A DNA stretch of 64,000 bases from an uncultured Candidatus Saccharibacteria bacterium (GCA_964513645.1 CAZENF010000001.1:7303-71302); one strand, 5' to 3'; counted from the first letter of the stretch, positions 28,291 to 39,112 are shown. Notes: a model not told the origin generated them from the letters alone. Numbers and translations are program-made.

Positions 28291-28500
28291 ATGCGTAGGG
28301 TCTTCTGTTCATCCGTCAATACGGATACAGGTTTTAAATCCTGCGAGATTTCTGACCTGACATATCAGATGATACGAGAAAAATTTCCTTCTGACGATGA
28401 GATACGTTCTTTTTTCAATGAAGTAGGGCGGAATTATGAAAATTTCAACGAAAAATCAATGCTTGACCACCTAGTCAAGCGTGGGATCTGGATTTTATAA
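28291..28500 (+). CDS. Hypothetical small protein
   Basis: TAAGGAG ribosome-binding site. Terminator GCCCCGAACGAGGGGC with a T-run. Confidence 0.3.
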   Translation: MRRVFCSSVNTDTGFKSCEISDLTYQMIREKFPSDDEIRSFFNEVGRNYENFNEKSMLDHLVKRGIWIL

Positions 28501-28606
28501 ATTATTAAATAAGCCCCGAACGAGGGGCATTTTTATTTGTTGAACCTTAATCTTCAAATTTTTTGATTGTTGATATGATTTTTGCTATGTTAGTATATTA
28601 ATAAAT

Positions 28607-29656
28607 ATGCTCGATAAACTATTCGGCATCTGGTCAAAAGATATAGGAATAGATTTGGGTACGGCTAATACCCTGGTTTATGTTAGGGGAAAAGGCATTG
28701 TCATCAACGAACCGTCAATTGTGGCCCTTAATCAAAAAACAGGAAAAATCCTGGCTATCGGCAATGAGGCCAGGAAAATGGTCGGTCGGACTCCCGGTTA
28801 TATTACCGTCTCAAGACCGCTGATATCCGGCGTTGTTTCCGATTTTGAAGTAACCGAGCAGATGCTTAAATATTTTATCGACAAGGTCCATCAGGAAAGT
28901 TTTTCTTTGGTCCCACGTCCAAGAGTTGTAATCGGTGTACCTTCAGGCGTGACCGAAGTTGAAAAAAGAGCGGTTGAGGATGCTTCTTATAATGCCGGGG
29001 CCAGGGAGGTTTATCTAATTGAAGAACCTATGGCGGCGGCTATCGGCTCACGACTTCCTGTTCAGGAAGCTGTCGCGAATGTTATCGTCGATATCGGGGG
29101 AGGCACGACGGAAGTTGCCGTTATCTCAATGGGGGGTGTCATCGCTTCGCGGTCTTTGCGAGTTGCCGGCGATAAGCTTAATGAGGATATTTTAAGATAT
29201 CTGCGTGAAGAAAAAAATCTTTACATCGGCGAAGCAACGGCCGAACATATAAAAATAACCTTGGGTTCAGCTTATCCGCTGGAAGAAGAACTTGAAGGCA
29301 GGGTCAGGGGACGCGACCTTGTCTCGGGATTGCCGAAAGAAATATCTCTAAGTTCAGAAGATGTCCGGGAAGCAATATCTCGCTCGGTCAGGAGTATAAT
29401 TTTGGCAGTAAAAAATACGATCGAAGAAACGCCACCTGAACTTATCGCTGACCTGATAAATAAATATATTTTTCTGGCTGGCGGAGGAGCGTTATTGAGG
29501 GGTCTTGACCAGGCTATCGCCGAGGAAACAAAACTTTTTGTAAAGATCGTTGATGATCCTCTCACTGCCGTAGCTAGAGGCTGCGGATTTGTTCTTGAAA
29601 GCGTTGAACAGCTAAAAACTCTTCTGGTATCAACCGACCGCGAAGGTTACTTATAA
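28607..29656 (+). CDS. mreB: Rod shape-determining protein MreB
   Basis: IGIDLGTANTLVYV, DIGGGTTEVAVIS and the actin-like fold motifs. Confidence 0.95.
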   Translation: MLDKLFGIWSKDIGIDLGTANTLVYVRGKGIVINEPSIVALNQKTGKILAIGNEARKMVGRTPGYITVSRPLISGVVSDFEVTEQMLKYFIDKVHQESFSLVPRPRVVIGVPSGVTEVEKRAVEDASYNAGAREVYLIEEPMAAAIGSRLPVQEAVANVIVDIGGGTTEVAVISMGGVIASRSLRVAGDKLNEDILRYLREEKNLYIGEATAEHIKITLGSAYPLEEELEGRVRGRDLVSGLPKEISLSSEDVREAISRSVRSIILAVKNTIEETPPELIADLINKYIFLAGGGALLRGLDQAIAEETKLFVKIVDDPLTAVARGCGFVLESVEQLKTLLVSTDREGYL

Positions 29657-29664
29657 TCGCTGAG

Positions 29665-30447
29665 ATGAAAAATGAAAAATTAATCCGGGCAGGTCTCGTT
29701 TTAGCGGCCGTGCTGCTCGTTTTTTTTATTTTTAAAACCTTGCCGTTGTTTAAAGGTACTGCAAATTTGATCGACAAGGTCCGGATATTTTCTTATGAGC
29801 GGATAAGCTTCATCGGAGATTTGGGCAAAGAGATAGCTAAATTCAGAACTCTCGAGCAGGAAAATATGAGACTGAACGAGGAGAACAGAGAGTTAACCGC
29901 TCAACTTGCCGGCAGTGCCGAACTTAAAGTTCAAAACGATTTTTTGAGAGAATCTTTAGGGATACCGGCAATAAGGGGCAGAAGTATCAATGAAGCGGGT
30001 GTTTACAATGTCCAAACCACACCCAAAGGAGAATTCGTTCTGATAAATAAGGGCGGTGGGGATGGTTTAAAAAAAGACGATATAGTGATCTCTTCTTCAG
30101 GGATATTGATCGGTATTATTGATAAAGTTTTTGATAAAAGCTCACAAGTAATGATGGTTAGCAGTTCTGATTTTAAAATTACTGTGGCAATCCTTCTTAA
30201 AACTACCTCCGGCATCGCTCAAGGAGCATTGAATGAAGGTATGACCATAGATCTCGTGTCCCAAAACGAAGATATTAATGTTGGAGATACTGTCGTCAGC
30301 AGCGGAAACGATATCTTCCCGCCGGGTTTGGTAGTAGGCAAGGTTCTGAATGTCGAATCTAATAATGCCAATCTGTTCAAAACTATAAAAGTACGTCCGG
30401 CTCTGAATGACATTAATTTGAGCCGAGTACTGATAGTAAGCCAATAA
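29665..30447 (+). CDS. mreC: Rod shape-determining protein MreC
   Basis: N-terminal TM helix, a coiled coil (LEQENMRLNEENRELTAQL) and a beta-rich C-terminal domain. Sits right after mreB. Confidence 0.8.
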   Translation: MKNEKLIRAGLVLAAVLLVFFIFKTLPLFKGTANLIDKVRIFSYERISFIGDLGKEIAKFRTLEQENMRLNEENRELTAQLAGSAELKVQNDFLRESLGIPAIRGRSINEAGVYNVQTTPKGEFVLINKGGGDGLKKDDIVISSSGILIGIIDKVFDKSSQVMMVSSSDFKITVAILLKTTSGIAQGALNEGMTIDLVSQNEDINVGDTVVSSGNDIFPPGLVVGKVLNVESNNANLFKTIKVRPALNDINLSRVLIVSQ

Positions 30448-30449
30448 AA

Positions 30450-30944
30450 ATGATAACCTTAACTTTTTTATTTTTACTTCTGCTTGAAAACATGTTCTTG
30501 CCGGCTCTGATAGGGCCCAAGCCGATCCTTATAACACCTCTTTTTATAATCGCTATCCTGATCTACCGGAAGGATTGGAAAATATTCATACTTCAGGCGG
30601 TTCCTTTGGTTCTTTTAGAAGAATTTTTTACCGGCATCGGTTTTGGAAGGATTTTATTGCCAATAACCTTTACCTGGCTTCTTTATGTCTGGACGGACAA
30701 ATTTATTAACCTAAATGACGATTTAAAAGAAGACATCTCACCTAAAGGTCTTCTGGTTGCTTCGGCCGTCCTGGCGCTCTTTGTGTTCTTTTATTCCGGC
30801 TTATTTATATTTTCCGACAACGGATACAATGTTTTAAAAAGTTTTGTCCAATTTGAATTATTTTTTAAAAATTCTCTATTAAGTATCCTCGGCTGGTCAT
30901 TGGCCATATCGATACTTTTTAAATATGTTTTTAAAAAGAAATAA
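30450..30944 (+). CDS. mreD: Rod shape-determining protein MreD (by position and topology)
   Basis: 164-aa polytopic membrane protein between mreC and mrdA. Confidence 0.55.
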   Translation: MITLTFLFLLLLENMFLPALIGPKPILITPLFIIAILIYRKDWKIFILQAVPLVLLEEFFTGIGFGRILLPITFTWLLYVWTDKFINLNDDLKEDISPKGLLVASAVLALFVFFYSGLFIFSDNGYNVLKSFVQFELFFKNSLLSILGWSLAISILFKYVFKKK

Positions 30945-32805
30945 AAAATATTCGATATCGTTCGACAGTGAGGACTGGGTGACGCCCGAAGAAACTCTCT
31001 TGGATTCAGGAAGCAAATATTCGGATATAGAAAAACCTATTTATCCCTCGATATTCCAGCTATTTCTGATCTTGTTCTCTTTAGGATTAGGGGTAGTTTT
31101 GATCTTTACTTTTAAAATAGCGGTTCTTGACCATGCCGGGTATGACCGTCTTGCGTCCCAGAATAAATCCGCAAATTTTCCGTTATCTCCTCCGCGGGGA
31201 ATGATAACAGATCACAACGGAAAGGCACTTTTACAGAATGTTCCGGTTTTCAACTTATTGGCAATAACAAGAGAAATAAAAGATTCCTCGGACGGTGTGA
31301 GCATTATGAGCAAAATATCGGCAATACTTGGACAAGATCCGCAAACCTTCAGTACAGCCGTAAAAGAAGATATGAAAAATAACAGCACGTTTTTTGTCGC
31401 AACAGATATTACCAAAGACCAAGCGATAGCCGTCAAATATCTGCAACCTCAAGGTTTCTATGTAGTTTCAGATACAAAAAGGAACTATTTTGAAGGCCAG
31501 AAATTCTCTCAAATCTTAGGATACACAGGTAAGGTCTCAAAAGACGACCTCGGAGATCCTTATTATTACTCAACCGATCTTACCGGCCGTTTGGGTATCG
31601 AGGGTTTTTATGAAAAAGAGCTGAGAGGAGAACATGGCAGTATATTTTTTTCAAAAGACCAAGTAAATTACATCGCCAAAGAACCTCTTCCTGGCGATAA
31701 TATCGTTTTAAATATTGACCATGACCTGCAAATAAAACTTTACGATGAACTGCATGCGGTTCTAAGCGAATCAGGTTTGTCGCGCGGAGCAGGAATAATC
31801 CAAGACCCGAAGACTGGAGCAGTGCTGGCCTTGGTGAGTTTTCCAGCATATGACAACAACATTTTTTCGGGCGGCGTTTCCCAGGAAGAATACAAAAATT
31901 TATTCAATAACCGGGCCAAACCTCTTTTCAACCGGATAGTAAGCGGCTTATATAACCCCGGCTCTACGATAAAACCCTTCATAGGCATGACCGCTCTTCA
32001 GGAAAAAGTAATAACTCCTTCAGATACCATAACCGACTGTGTAAGCTTAACCGTTCCTAATCCGTTCAACCCTTCAAGTCCTTATGTTTTTAAGAACTGG
32101 AGAACTGATTACGGACTTTTTAATCTACGAAGGTCGATCGCAAATTCCTGTAACATATTTTTCTTCACGGTCGGAGGAGGACATGACAAGATAAAGGGTT
32201 TGGGAGCGGATAGAATCGCTAATTATCTTAAATCCGGATTTGCCGATTCTGAATTGGGCATAGATCTTCCGGGTGAAACCAATGGCTTTATACCGACGCC
32301 GGATTGGAAATTAAAAACCAAAGGAGAACAATGGTACCTCGGCGATACCTATAACACTTCCATCGGCCAAGGAGATCTTTTGGTAACACCTTTATGGCTT
32401 AACGGCTATATTTCTGCCATTGCTAACGGCGGCACATTCTATAAACCAGAAATGGTAGGGACAATAAAAGACCAGAACGGAAGTATAATCCAAAGTTTTA
32501 AATCAACTCAATTGGGCCAACTGCCCTTTTCAAAAGACGTGATCAATATTGTCAGAGACGATATGACCGAAACGGTCAATTCCGGAACAGCCCAGATCCT
32601 TAAAGACCTTCCTGTGAAAGCCGCCGCTAAAACCGGGACCGCCGAGGTCGTAAAAGGTAAGTCTATCAACTCTCTTTTTACCGTATTTGCCCCGTACGAT
32701 AATCCGCAACTGGCAATGACAATTCTAATTGAAGGTTCGGCTTCGAACCAAGGTTTAGCCATCCGAGCGGCCCATAACGTATTAAAATGGTATTTTTCGA
32801 AATGA
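30925..32805 (+). CDS. mrdA: Penicillin-binding protein 2 (class B transpeptidase)
   Basis: GSTIKPF (SxxK), SxN-like segment, and KTGTAE. Confidence 0.9.
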   Translation: MFLKRNKKYSISFDSEDWVTPEETLLDSGSKYSDIEKPIYPSIFQLFLILFSLGLGVVLIFTFKIAVLDHAGYDRLASQNKSANFPLSPPRGMITDHNGKALLQNVPVFNLLAITREIKDSSDGVSIMSKISAILGQDPQTFSTAVKEDMKNNSTFFVATDITKDQAIAVKYLQPQGFYVVSDTKRNYFEGQKFSQILGYTGKVSKDDLGDPYYYSTDLTGRLGIEGFYEKELRGEHGSIFFSKDQVNYIAKEPLPGDNIVLNIDHDLQIKLYDELHAVLSESGLSRGAGIIQDPKTGAVLALVSFPAYDNNIFSGGVSQEEYKNLFNNRAKPLFNRIVSGLYNPGSTIKPFIGMTALQEKVITPSDTITDCVSLTVPNPFNPSSPYVFKNWRTDYGLFNLRRSIANSCNIFFFTVGGGHDKIKGLGADRIANYLKSGFADSELGIDLPGETNGFIPTPDWKLKTKGEQWYLGDTYNTSIGQGDLLVTPLWLNGYISAIANGGTFYKPEMVGTIKDQNGSIIQSFKSTQLGQLPFSKDVINIVRDDMTETVNSGTAQILKDLPVKAAAKTGTAEVVKGKSINSLFTVFAPYDNPQLAMTILIEGSASNQGLAIRAAHNVLKWYFSK

Positions 32806-32982
32806 ACTTGCTCTTTATTTAGGATTATGTTATGCTTTCTCCTAACTTGCTATAATATATAAACTATGGATCCCGAACGAAGCAGTATTAACTTCAGACG
32901 GGATAATGATTAGCTCCTCCTTTTGGGGATGTGAATGTCAACCGTTTGACCTTCAAACCCTGTAAGGGCTGCTTCGTACGGG

Positions 32983-33444
32983 ATGGACAATCAATATTTT
33001 ACCCCGGAAGGGCTTGAAAAATTAAAGAAAGAGTATGAAGAACGGATGACCGTTCTCAGACCTGAAATAGCTCGACGGCTTAAGGAAGCCAAGGAAGAGG
33101 GTGATATTTCCGAGAACGCCGCTTTTGATGCGGCTAAAGAGGCTCAGGCGGTGAATGAAGGCCGTATCGAAGAGATAAAAGCCATTCTCGAGAACGTTAA
33201 AGTTGTCAAAGGCAGTTCAGGCAAAAGCACCGTCGATGTGGGTTCATCGGTCAAAGTGGAGTCAAAAAGCCATGGCACAAAAGAATTTGTGATCGTCGGC
33301 GCAGCCGAATCCGATCCTCTTAAAGGTTTTATTTCAAATGAATCACCTTTGGGCAGCGCCTTCATGGGCCACAAAAAAGGCGAGAAAATTAAGGTCAAAA
33401 CTCCGAAAGGCGAAGTAGAATACAAAATACTCGATGTTAAATAA
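32983..33444 (+). CDS. greA: Transcription elongation factor GreA
   Basis: N-terminal coiled coil with DISENAAFDAAKEAQ. C-terminal FKBP-like domain. Confidence 0.9.
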   Translation: MDNQYFTPEGLEKLKKEYEERMTVLRPEIARRLKEAKEEGDISENAAFDAAKEAQAVNEGRIEEIKAILENVKVVKGSSGKSTVDVGSSVKVESKSHGTKEFVIVGAAESDPLKGFISNESPLGSAFMGHKKGEKIKVKTPKGEVEYKILDVK

Positions 33445-33445
33445 A

Positions 33446-33478
33446 AATCCCCCGCCTGTGGCGGGGGATTTTTTAACG
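33446..33478. terminator. Bidirectional terminator (greA / dut)
   Basis: AAAAATCCCCCGCCTGTGGCGGGGGATTTTTT. Confidence 0.7.
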
Positions 33479-34057
33479 TATGCCGGTCGAGCCGAAACCT
33501 TGAACACCTCTTTCTGTCGAGGACATGACATCTTCAGAGCTTAACAATACCAGTCTCGGGATGATTGCTTTCTGAAATATGACTTGGGCGATTCTCATGC
33601 CGTGTTTCAAGAGAAAAGGATGCTCATTTCTGTTAAATACCAGAACTCCGGCCTCTCCGCGATAATCAAGGTCAACCGTTCCGGGAGCATTCGTAACTGT
33701 TATACCCCATTTAGCCGCCAAACCGCTGCGCGGTGCAACCCAGTAGAACATCGGCCACTTCATTTCAGTTTTGAATCCGATACCAACCAGAACTGATTCA
33801 TTCGGATCCATCTCATACGCAAGTTCATTACCATTCTCACCGGGAACTATTGTAACATGCCTCTCAACATAAGGGTTGTCGGCAGGTATGTTTTTAAAGT
33901 CAAAAAGAGTCTTTCTAAGCAAAGGATTTGAAAGGTCCATCTCCATAGGCGATACGACCGCCCTTATTGAAACATCAAATCCGATAGCACCGGAGGTTTT
34001 CATTTCAGGCATATTGCCGCCGGGCAAAAGACATATCTTAACGGGAGGTTTATTCAT
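33473..34057 (-). CDS. dut: dUTP diphosphatase family protein
   Basis: RSGLAAKWGITVTNAPGTVDLDYRGE and C-terminal ERGVQGFGSTG are dUTPase motifs 3 and 5. The internal Met was chosen as start; the listed ORF runs 19 codons further. Confidence 0.65.
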   Translation of the reverse strand: MNKPPVKICLLPGGNMPEMKTSGAIGFDVSIRAVVSPMEMDLSNPLLRKTLFDFKNIPADNPYVERHVTIVPGENGNELAYEMDPNESVLVGIGFKTEMKWPMFYWVAPRSGLAAKWGITVTNAPGTVDLDYRGEAGVLVFNRNEHPFLLKHGMRIAQVIFQKAIIPRLVLLSSEDVMSSTERGVQGFGSTGIR

Positions 34058-34153
34058 CTGTAATTCGCTGTTAAATAGCTGGCCATAGTATAAAAGAATG
34101 TCCCATATTTTCAATATTTACCCAAATTAGATTAATTGTTATAATTTAGAATC

Positions 34154-35599
34154 ATGTCACTTGAAGAGATACGCAAAACTAAGATAGAAAAAATCAATAA
34201 ACTCCGGAAAGCCGGCCTTGACCCGTATCCGGCTTCTTCTACTCGGACGCATAAAATAAGCCAAGTTGTTGAAAATTTTGATAACTTAACCCACGAAATC
34301 ACCATCGTCGGACGGATCATGGCCAGGCGAGAACACGGCGGTTCGATGTTCTTTGACGTAAGAGACGAAAGCGGTAAATTCCAAGGATTTATCAAAGAAG
34401 ACTCTGCCGGCAAAGAAGTATTTTCAAGATTTTTTGACCTGGTTGATATAGGCGATATTGTAGAATTAACCGGTCCGCTGTTTAAAACCAAGAAAGAAGA
34501 AAAAACTCTCGAGGTTAAAAAATTCAGAATATTAACCAAAGCTCTCCTGCCTTTACCTGAAAAATGGCATGGACTTCAGGATACCGAAGAACGTCTAAGA
34601 AAAAGGTATCTTGATCTGATAATGAATCCTGATGAAAAAGAACTTTTCTTCAAAAAAACCAAATTTTGGCAGTCGATCAGGGAATACCTTCTTAAAGAAG
34701 GCGGGCTTGAAGTCGAAACTCCGGTTCTGGAAATGATACCCGGTGGCGCCGATGCTGAACCGTTCATGACACATTTGAATGCCCTTAACATCGATTTATT
34801 CCTCCGTATCTCGCTTGAACTTAACTTAAAACGTCTTCTGGTCGCCGGTTATGAAAAAGTTTTTGAGATCGGACGCATATTCCGGAACGAAGGAATGGAT
34901 AAAGAACATCTTCAGGATTATACTCAGATGGAAATGTATTGGGCTTATATCGATTACGATCATTTAATGAAAATAATCGAGGAACTTTACCGAACAGCGG
35001 TTAAAGCGACTTTAGGTGGTCTGACTCACAAATATCAAGATCAGGAGATCAATTGGGGTCAGAATTGGAAAAAATATGACTATTATAGCGAATTTAAAAA
35101 TCATACTGGCCTTAATCTTCCTGAAACTTCGGAAAAAGACCTCAAAAATTATGCCGAAAAAGAGCATATCGACACTTCAAAACATATCGGCCGCGGACGC
35201 TTGATAGATGTAATCTTCAAGAAAAAAGTTCGCCCGAGTCTAATAGAACCTGGTTTCCTGGTACTGCCACCGGTAGATATTGAACCCTTGGCCAAGAGAT
35301 GGTCTGAAGACCCGAACCGAGTTGAACGTTTTCAGGTTATGGCTGGAGGAACAGAGCTGGGTAAAGGTTTTTCCGAATTGAACGATCCACTTGATCAAAG
35401 ACAAAGATTTGAAGAACAAGCTAAACTTGGAGAAGCAGGGGACAAAGAAGCTCAGCGCATGGATGAGGATTTTATTACCGCTCTCGAATACGGTATGCCT
35501 CCGGCGGCCGGATTCGGGATGTCAGAAAGATTTTTTGCCTTTTTAACAGATAAACCGGTTAGAGAAGCGGTATTTTTTCCTTTGATGAGACCCAGATAA
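34154..35599 (+). CDS. lysS: Lysine--tRNA ligase (class II)
   Basis: N-terminal OB-fold anticodon-binding domain. FRNEGMDKEHLQDYTQMEMYWAY and GMPPAAGFGMSERF. Confidence 0.95.
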   Translation: MSLEEIRKTKIEKINKLRKAGLDPYPASSTRTHKISQVVENFDNLTHEITIVGRIMARREHGGSMFFDVRDESGKFQGFIKEDSAGKEVFSRFFDLVDIGDIVELTGPLFKTKKEEKTLEVKKFRILTKALLPLPEKWHGLQDTEERLRKRYLDLIMNPDEKELFFKKTKFWQSIREYLLKEGGLEVETPVLEMIPGGADAEPFMTHLNALNIDLFLRISLELNLKRLLVAGYEKVFEIGRIFRNEGMDKEHLQDYTQMEMYWAYIDYDHLMKIIEELYRTAVKATLGGLTHKYQDQEINWGQNWKKYDYYSEFKNHTGLNLPETSEKDLKNYAEKEHIDTSKHIGRGRLIDVIFKKKVRPSLIEPGFLVLPPVDIEPLAKRWSEDPNRVERFQVMAGGTELGKGFSELNDPLDQRQRFEEQAKLGEAGDKEAQRMDEDFITALEYGMPPAAGFGMSERFFAFLTDKPVREAVFFPLMRPR

Positions 35600-35607
35600 G
35601 AGATCTT

Positions 35608-36849
35608 ATGTTAGATATAAAATTCATACGTCAAAATAAAGATTTAGTTCAACAAAGCATCTCCGATCGGAGAATGAATGTTGACTTGGACGAATTATTT
35701 GGACTAGATGAAAAACGACGAACTTTGATAGTCAGAATAGAAGAAGGCCGGGCAACGAGAAATAAAGGTTCTCAAGATAAACCTTCGCCTGAAGAAATAG
35801 AAAAAATGAGAGCTCTTGGTAACAAGATATCTCAAATGGAAAAGGAGTTGGCCGATGTCGAGGTTGGTTTCAATGAATTACTGCTTAAAGTTCCCAACCT
35901 TATCCATCCGGACATACCCAGAGGAGCGGAAGAAGATTATCAAACCCTTGAAGAGCACGGCAAGGTACCTAAATTTGATTTCCCGGCCAAAGACCATGAA
36001 TCATTGATGCTCGATCTGAATCTGATAGATTTTGAACGGGGAGCAAAAGTGGCCGGAAATAAATTTTATTTTGCCAAAAATGAGTTGGTTCTATTGAACC
36101 AGGCTCTGATAAATTATGGCATAAATATTGTAACCAAACATGGTTTTGAACTGATAGAAACCCCGGATCTGGCCAAAGATTCCATTCTTTCGGGGGTCGG
36201 ATTTAATCCGCGTGGACCTGAAACACAGGTTTATTCAGTTGAAAAATCCGACCTAAGCTTAATAGGCACGGCTGAGATAACAATGGGCGGTTTTCACGCC
36301 AACGAGATACTTGATTTATCAGCCGGTCCAAAAAAATACGTCGCCTTGTCTCATTGCTACAGAACTGAAGCTGGCTCTTATGGGCGGGAATCCAAAGGCC
36401 TTTATCGAGTTCATCAATTCACAAAACTTGAAATGTTTATTTACTGTAAACCGGAAGAATCCGAAGCGATGCATAAACATATTCTTGATGTTGAGAAAGA
36501 AATAATGAACGGACTAGAACTGCCTTACAGGGTCATCGATATTGCTTCTGGCGATTTGGGTGCTCCGGCTTACAGAAAATATGATATTGAAGCTTGGATG
36601 ACGATGAAGAACAATTATGGTGAGATTACCAGTACTTCCAATTGTACTGATTATCAGGCTCGTCGGCTAAATATCCGTTACAGGAAATCCGACGGTGAAA
36701 CCGAACTTGTCCATACTTTGAACGGAACCGCTTTAACTTCGAGCCGTCTACCGATAGCCATATTTGAGAATAACCAAACCAAAGAAGGGAGAATTAAAAT
36801 ACCTGACGTCCTGCAAAAATATATGAGTATTAAAGAAATTAAAAAATAG
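35608..36849 (+). CDS. serS: Serine--tRNA ligase
   Basis: N-terminal coiled-coil arm. Class-II motifs including CYRTEAGSYGRESKGLYRVHQFTKLEMF. Confidence 0.95.
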   Translation: MLDIKFIRQNKDLVQQSISDRRMNVDLDELFGLDEKRRTLIVRIEEGRATRNKGSQDKPSPEEIEKMRALGNKISQMEKELADVEVGFNELLLKVPNLIHPDIPRGAEEDYQTLEEHGKVPKFDFPAKDHESLMLDLNLIDFERGAKVAGNKFYFAKNELVLLNQALINYGINIVTKHGFELIETPDLAKDSILSGVGFNPRGPETQVYSVEKSDLSLIGTAEITMGGFHANEILDLSAGPKKYVALSHCYRTEAGSYGRESKGLYRVHQFTKLEMFIYCKPEESEAMHKHILDVEKEIMNGLELPYRVIDIASGDLGAPAYRKYDIEAWMTMKNNYGEITSTSNCTDYQARRLNIRYRKSDGETELVHTLNGTALTSSRLPIAIFENNQTKEGRIKIPDVLQKYMSIKEIKK

Positions 36850-36851
36850 CC

Positions 36852-37649
36852 GTGCACAAGACTTATTCAAAATATAGTCCTTATGGCAGCGACCTGGCGC
36901 GTAAAAAACAGCGCCGTTTTTTTGTAAAGATCGGGCTAATATCGGCTGGAGTACTAAGTTTCACCGGAGGTTTGGTTTATTTATTTTTATTTTCTAAGGC
37001 CATGATCATAACCGAAGTTAACATCAACGGTTTAAAGACCGTGACTGTCGACCAAATTAACCCGATAATTGATTCCTTAAAAAATAAAAAACTCTTTAGT
37101 TTTTTAAGATTCGGGCAAAATATTCTTTTTTTTGATTCTAATTTCTTAAGAAGTCAGATAATCAACTCCTTCCCGATAGTTAAAAACGTTGAAATAAGCA
37201 AAGAATTCCCTCATAAAATAACTGTTGACATAGAAGAACGTTCTGCGGTCGGAACATGGTGCATAGACGAAAATTGTCGTTATTTTGACGAATCGGGTAT
37301 TCTTTGGGGCACTGCCGTTCGTTCGTCGGGCTCCCTTCTTCTCAACGTGGCGGATCTTACAGCCAGTAATTCGTATAACAAGATAGACAGCACCACCCTC
37401 AAACCTATACTGGACTCCGTTCAAGAATTGAATGCGTTGAATTTTAAAATAGAAAATATAGAAATAATGCCGGGCGGAATAGGAGATTTCAAAATATATA
37501 TTACCAACAGCTATTATATCCTTTTGAACACTGAAAGTGACATAAGCGGTCAGATCAAAGCCCTCAAACTGCTAATTGGCAACAATCCTCCTGATTTCAA
37601 ACCGAATTATATCGATCTTCGGATAGACGGAAGAATATATTACAAGTAA
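36852..37649 (+). CDS. FtsQ/DivIB-like cell-division protein (TM plus POTRA-like domain)
   Basis: Single N-terminal TM helix. A beta-rich extracytoplasmic domain. Adjacent to murB. Confidence 0.45.
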   Translation: MHKTYSKYSPYGSDLARKKQRRFFVKIGLISAGVLSFTGGLVYLFLFSKAMIITEVNINGLKTVTVDQINPIIDSLKNKKLFSFLRFGQNILFFDSNFLRSQIINSFPIVKNVEISKEFPHKITVDIEERSAVGTWCIDENCRYFDESGILWGTAVRSSGSLLLNVADLTASNSYNKIDSTTLKPILDSVQELNALNFKIENIEIMPGGIGDFKIYITNSYYILLNTESDISGQIKALKLLIGNNPPDFKPNYIDLRIDGRIYYK

Positions 37650-38650
37650 TGAGGGTAATAAAAAACCACCCGTTGGCTAAGTACACCACATTCCATATCG
37701 GCGGACCGGCCGAATTTTTTGCTGAGGTTAAAAATACCTCTGAATTGAAAGAGGCGGCCTATCTGGCGAAGCAAAAAAACTTAAAAATAAACATAATCGG
37801 AGGAGGCAGTAATTTATTAATTTCCGACAGAGGATTAAAAGGTTTAGTTTTAAAAATGAGTATCAAAGGGGTGAGTATAAAAAACAGCATCGTCTCGGCC
37901 GGAGCGGGTGAAGAGTGGAATAAGGTGGTGGCCAGAGCTGTTTCAAAAAATTTAAGCGGTATCGAAAATTTATCTCTTATCCCGGGAACTGTCGGCGGAG
38001 CGGTCTATCAGAACATCGGCGCTTACGGTTCCGAAGTTAAAGACGTACTTAAAGAAATACGGATATTCGATATTGAAAGTGGAAAAAATAGGATACTATC
38101 TGCTAAAGATTGCAGGTTCGGATATAGAGACAGTATCTTTCAGCATAAAAAATATCAAAATTATATAATAACCGGCGCAACTTTTGTCTTGTCTAAAAAG
38201 TTCGAACCCAAAATTAATTATCCTGATCTTAAAAAATATTTTGCCAAAAGAAATAAAATATCAGTAAAAGATGTCCGAAGTGCGATAATAAAAATAAGGA
38301 GGTTTAAACTTGTTTATCCTTCGGCCAAAATAGGTACGGCAGGTTCGTTTTTCAAAAACCCCATTGTAGCTGAAATTTTTTACCAACGGTTGATAGCCGA
38401 AAACCCGGATATCAAGAGCATAAGAACAAATAAAGGTTTCAAGCTTTCCGCCGGTCAATTAATAGAAATGTCCGGTTGGAAGGGCCAGCGGATGTCAAAT
38501 ACCGGTGTTTCCGCAAAACATGCCCTGGTTCTAGTGAACTATACGAACGGAAAGGCCGAGGAAATACTTTCTCTGGCCGCTCTGATCACAAGATCTGTAA
38601 AACATAATTTTGGAATTAAGTTGGAACCAGAAGTTAAAATAATGGCTTAA
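37649..38650 (+). CDS. murB: UDP-N-acetylenolpyruvoylglucosamine reductase
   Basis: FAD-binding NIIGGGSNLL. IPGTVGGAVYQNIGAYG. C-terminal MurB domain. Confidence 0.9.
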   Translation: MRVIKNHPLAKYTTFHIGGPAEFFAEVKNTSELKEAAYLAKQKNLKINIIGGGSNLLISDRGLKGLVLKMSIKGVSIKNSIVSAGAGEEWNKVVARAVSKNLSGIENLSLIPGTVGGAVYQNIGAYGSEVKDVLKEIRIFDIESGKNRILSAKDCRFGYRDSIFQHKKYQNYIITGATFVLSKKFEPKINYPDLKKYFAKRNKISVKDVRSAIIKIRRFKLVYPSAKIGTAGSFFKNPIVAEIFYQRLIAENPDIKSIRTNKGFKLSAGQLIEMSGWKGQRMSNTGVSAKHALVLVNYTNGKAEEILSLAALITRSVKHNFGIKLEPEVKIMA

Positions 38651-38751
38651 AACCTAAGTTTTTCTGCTATTGATTTATAAATTAATCTATTGTATAATAT
38701 GAATATCAGTTCTTTCCCGCTTTCCAAGCATTAAGGTTCATAGGAGGTCAG

Positions 38752-39087
38752 ATGAATTACAGCAATCTCGGCGGAACTTTCGTTTCCGAATCAGGTGCCA
38801 GGGGAGATACAGTTCACGCATCGACGACGTTTCTGCCAGATGTCGTAGACGAAGAGCGGAGGGTTTCCGGCAAAGATCCTCTACTTCACCGCCGTCTGTC
38901 GAAACAGATCAGGAGATCCGAATACTCGGTCAGCGAACACAACCCGCGAACCGGCCGTTCGACCTACAGACCCGATGCGGCGGTCTGGCCTCTGAACTGT
39001 CGTTTCATCGAATCCGACGACGTCGCGAGCGGAATTCTCGATCCCGAGCAACTCATGATTGCCAGGGAGATCGGGCTTGAGGAGTAG
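38752..39087 (+). CDS. Hypothetical protein in a GC-rich (~55 %) islet
   Basis: Strong AGGAGG ribosome-binding site. Arg-rich. Composition unlike the surrounding DNA. Terminator at 39113-39148. Confidence 0.4.
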   Translation: MNYSNLGGTFVSESGARGDTVHASTTFLPDVVDEERRVSGKDPLLHRRLSKQIRRSEYSVSEHNPRTGRSTYRPDAAVWPLNCRFIESDDVASGILDPEQLMIAREIGLEE

Positions 39088-39112
39088 TAAAATCCGTAAA
39101 GGGCTAGTACGG

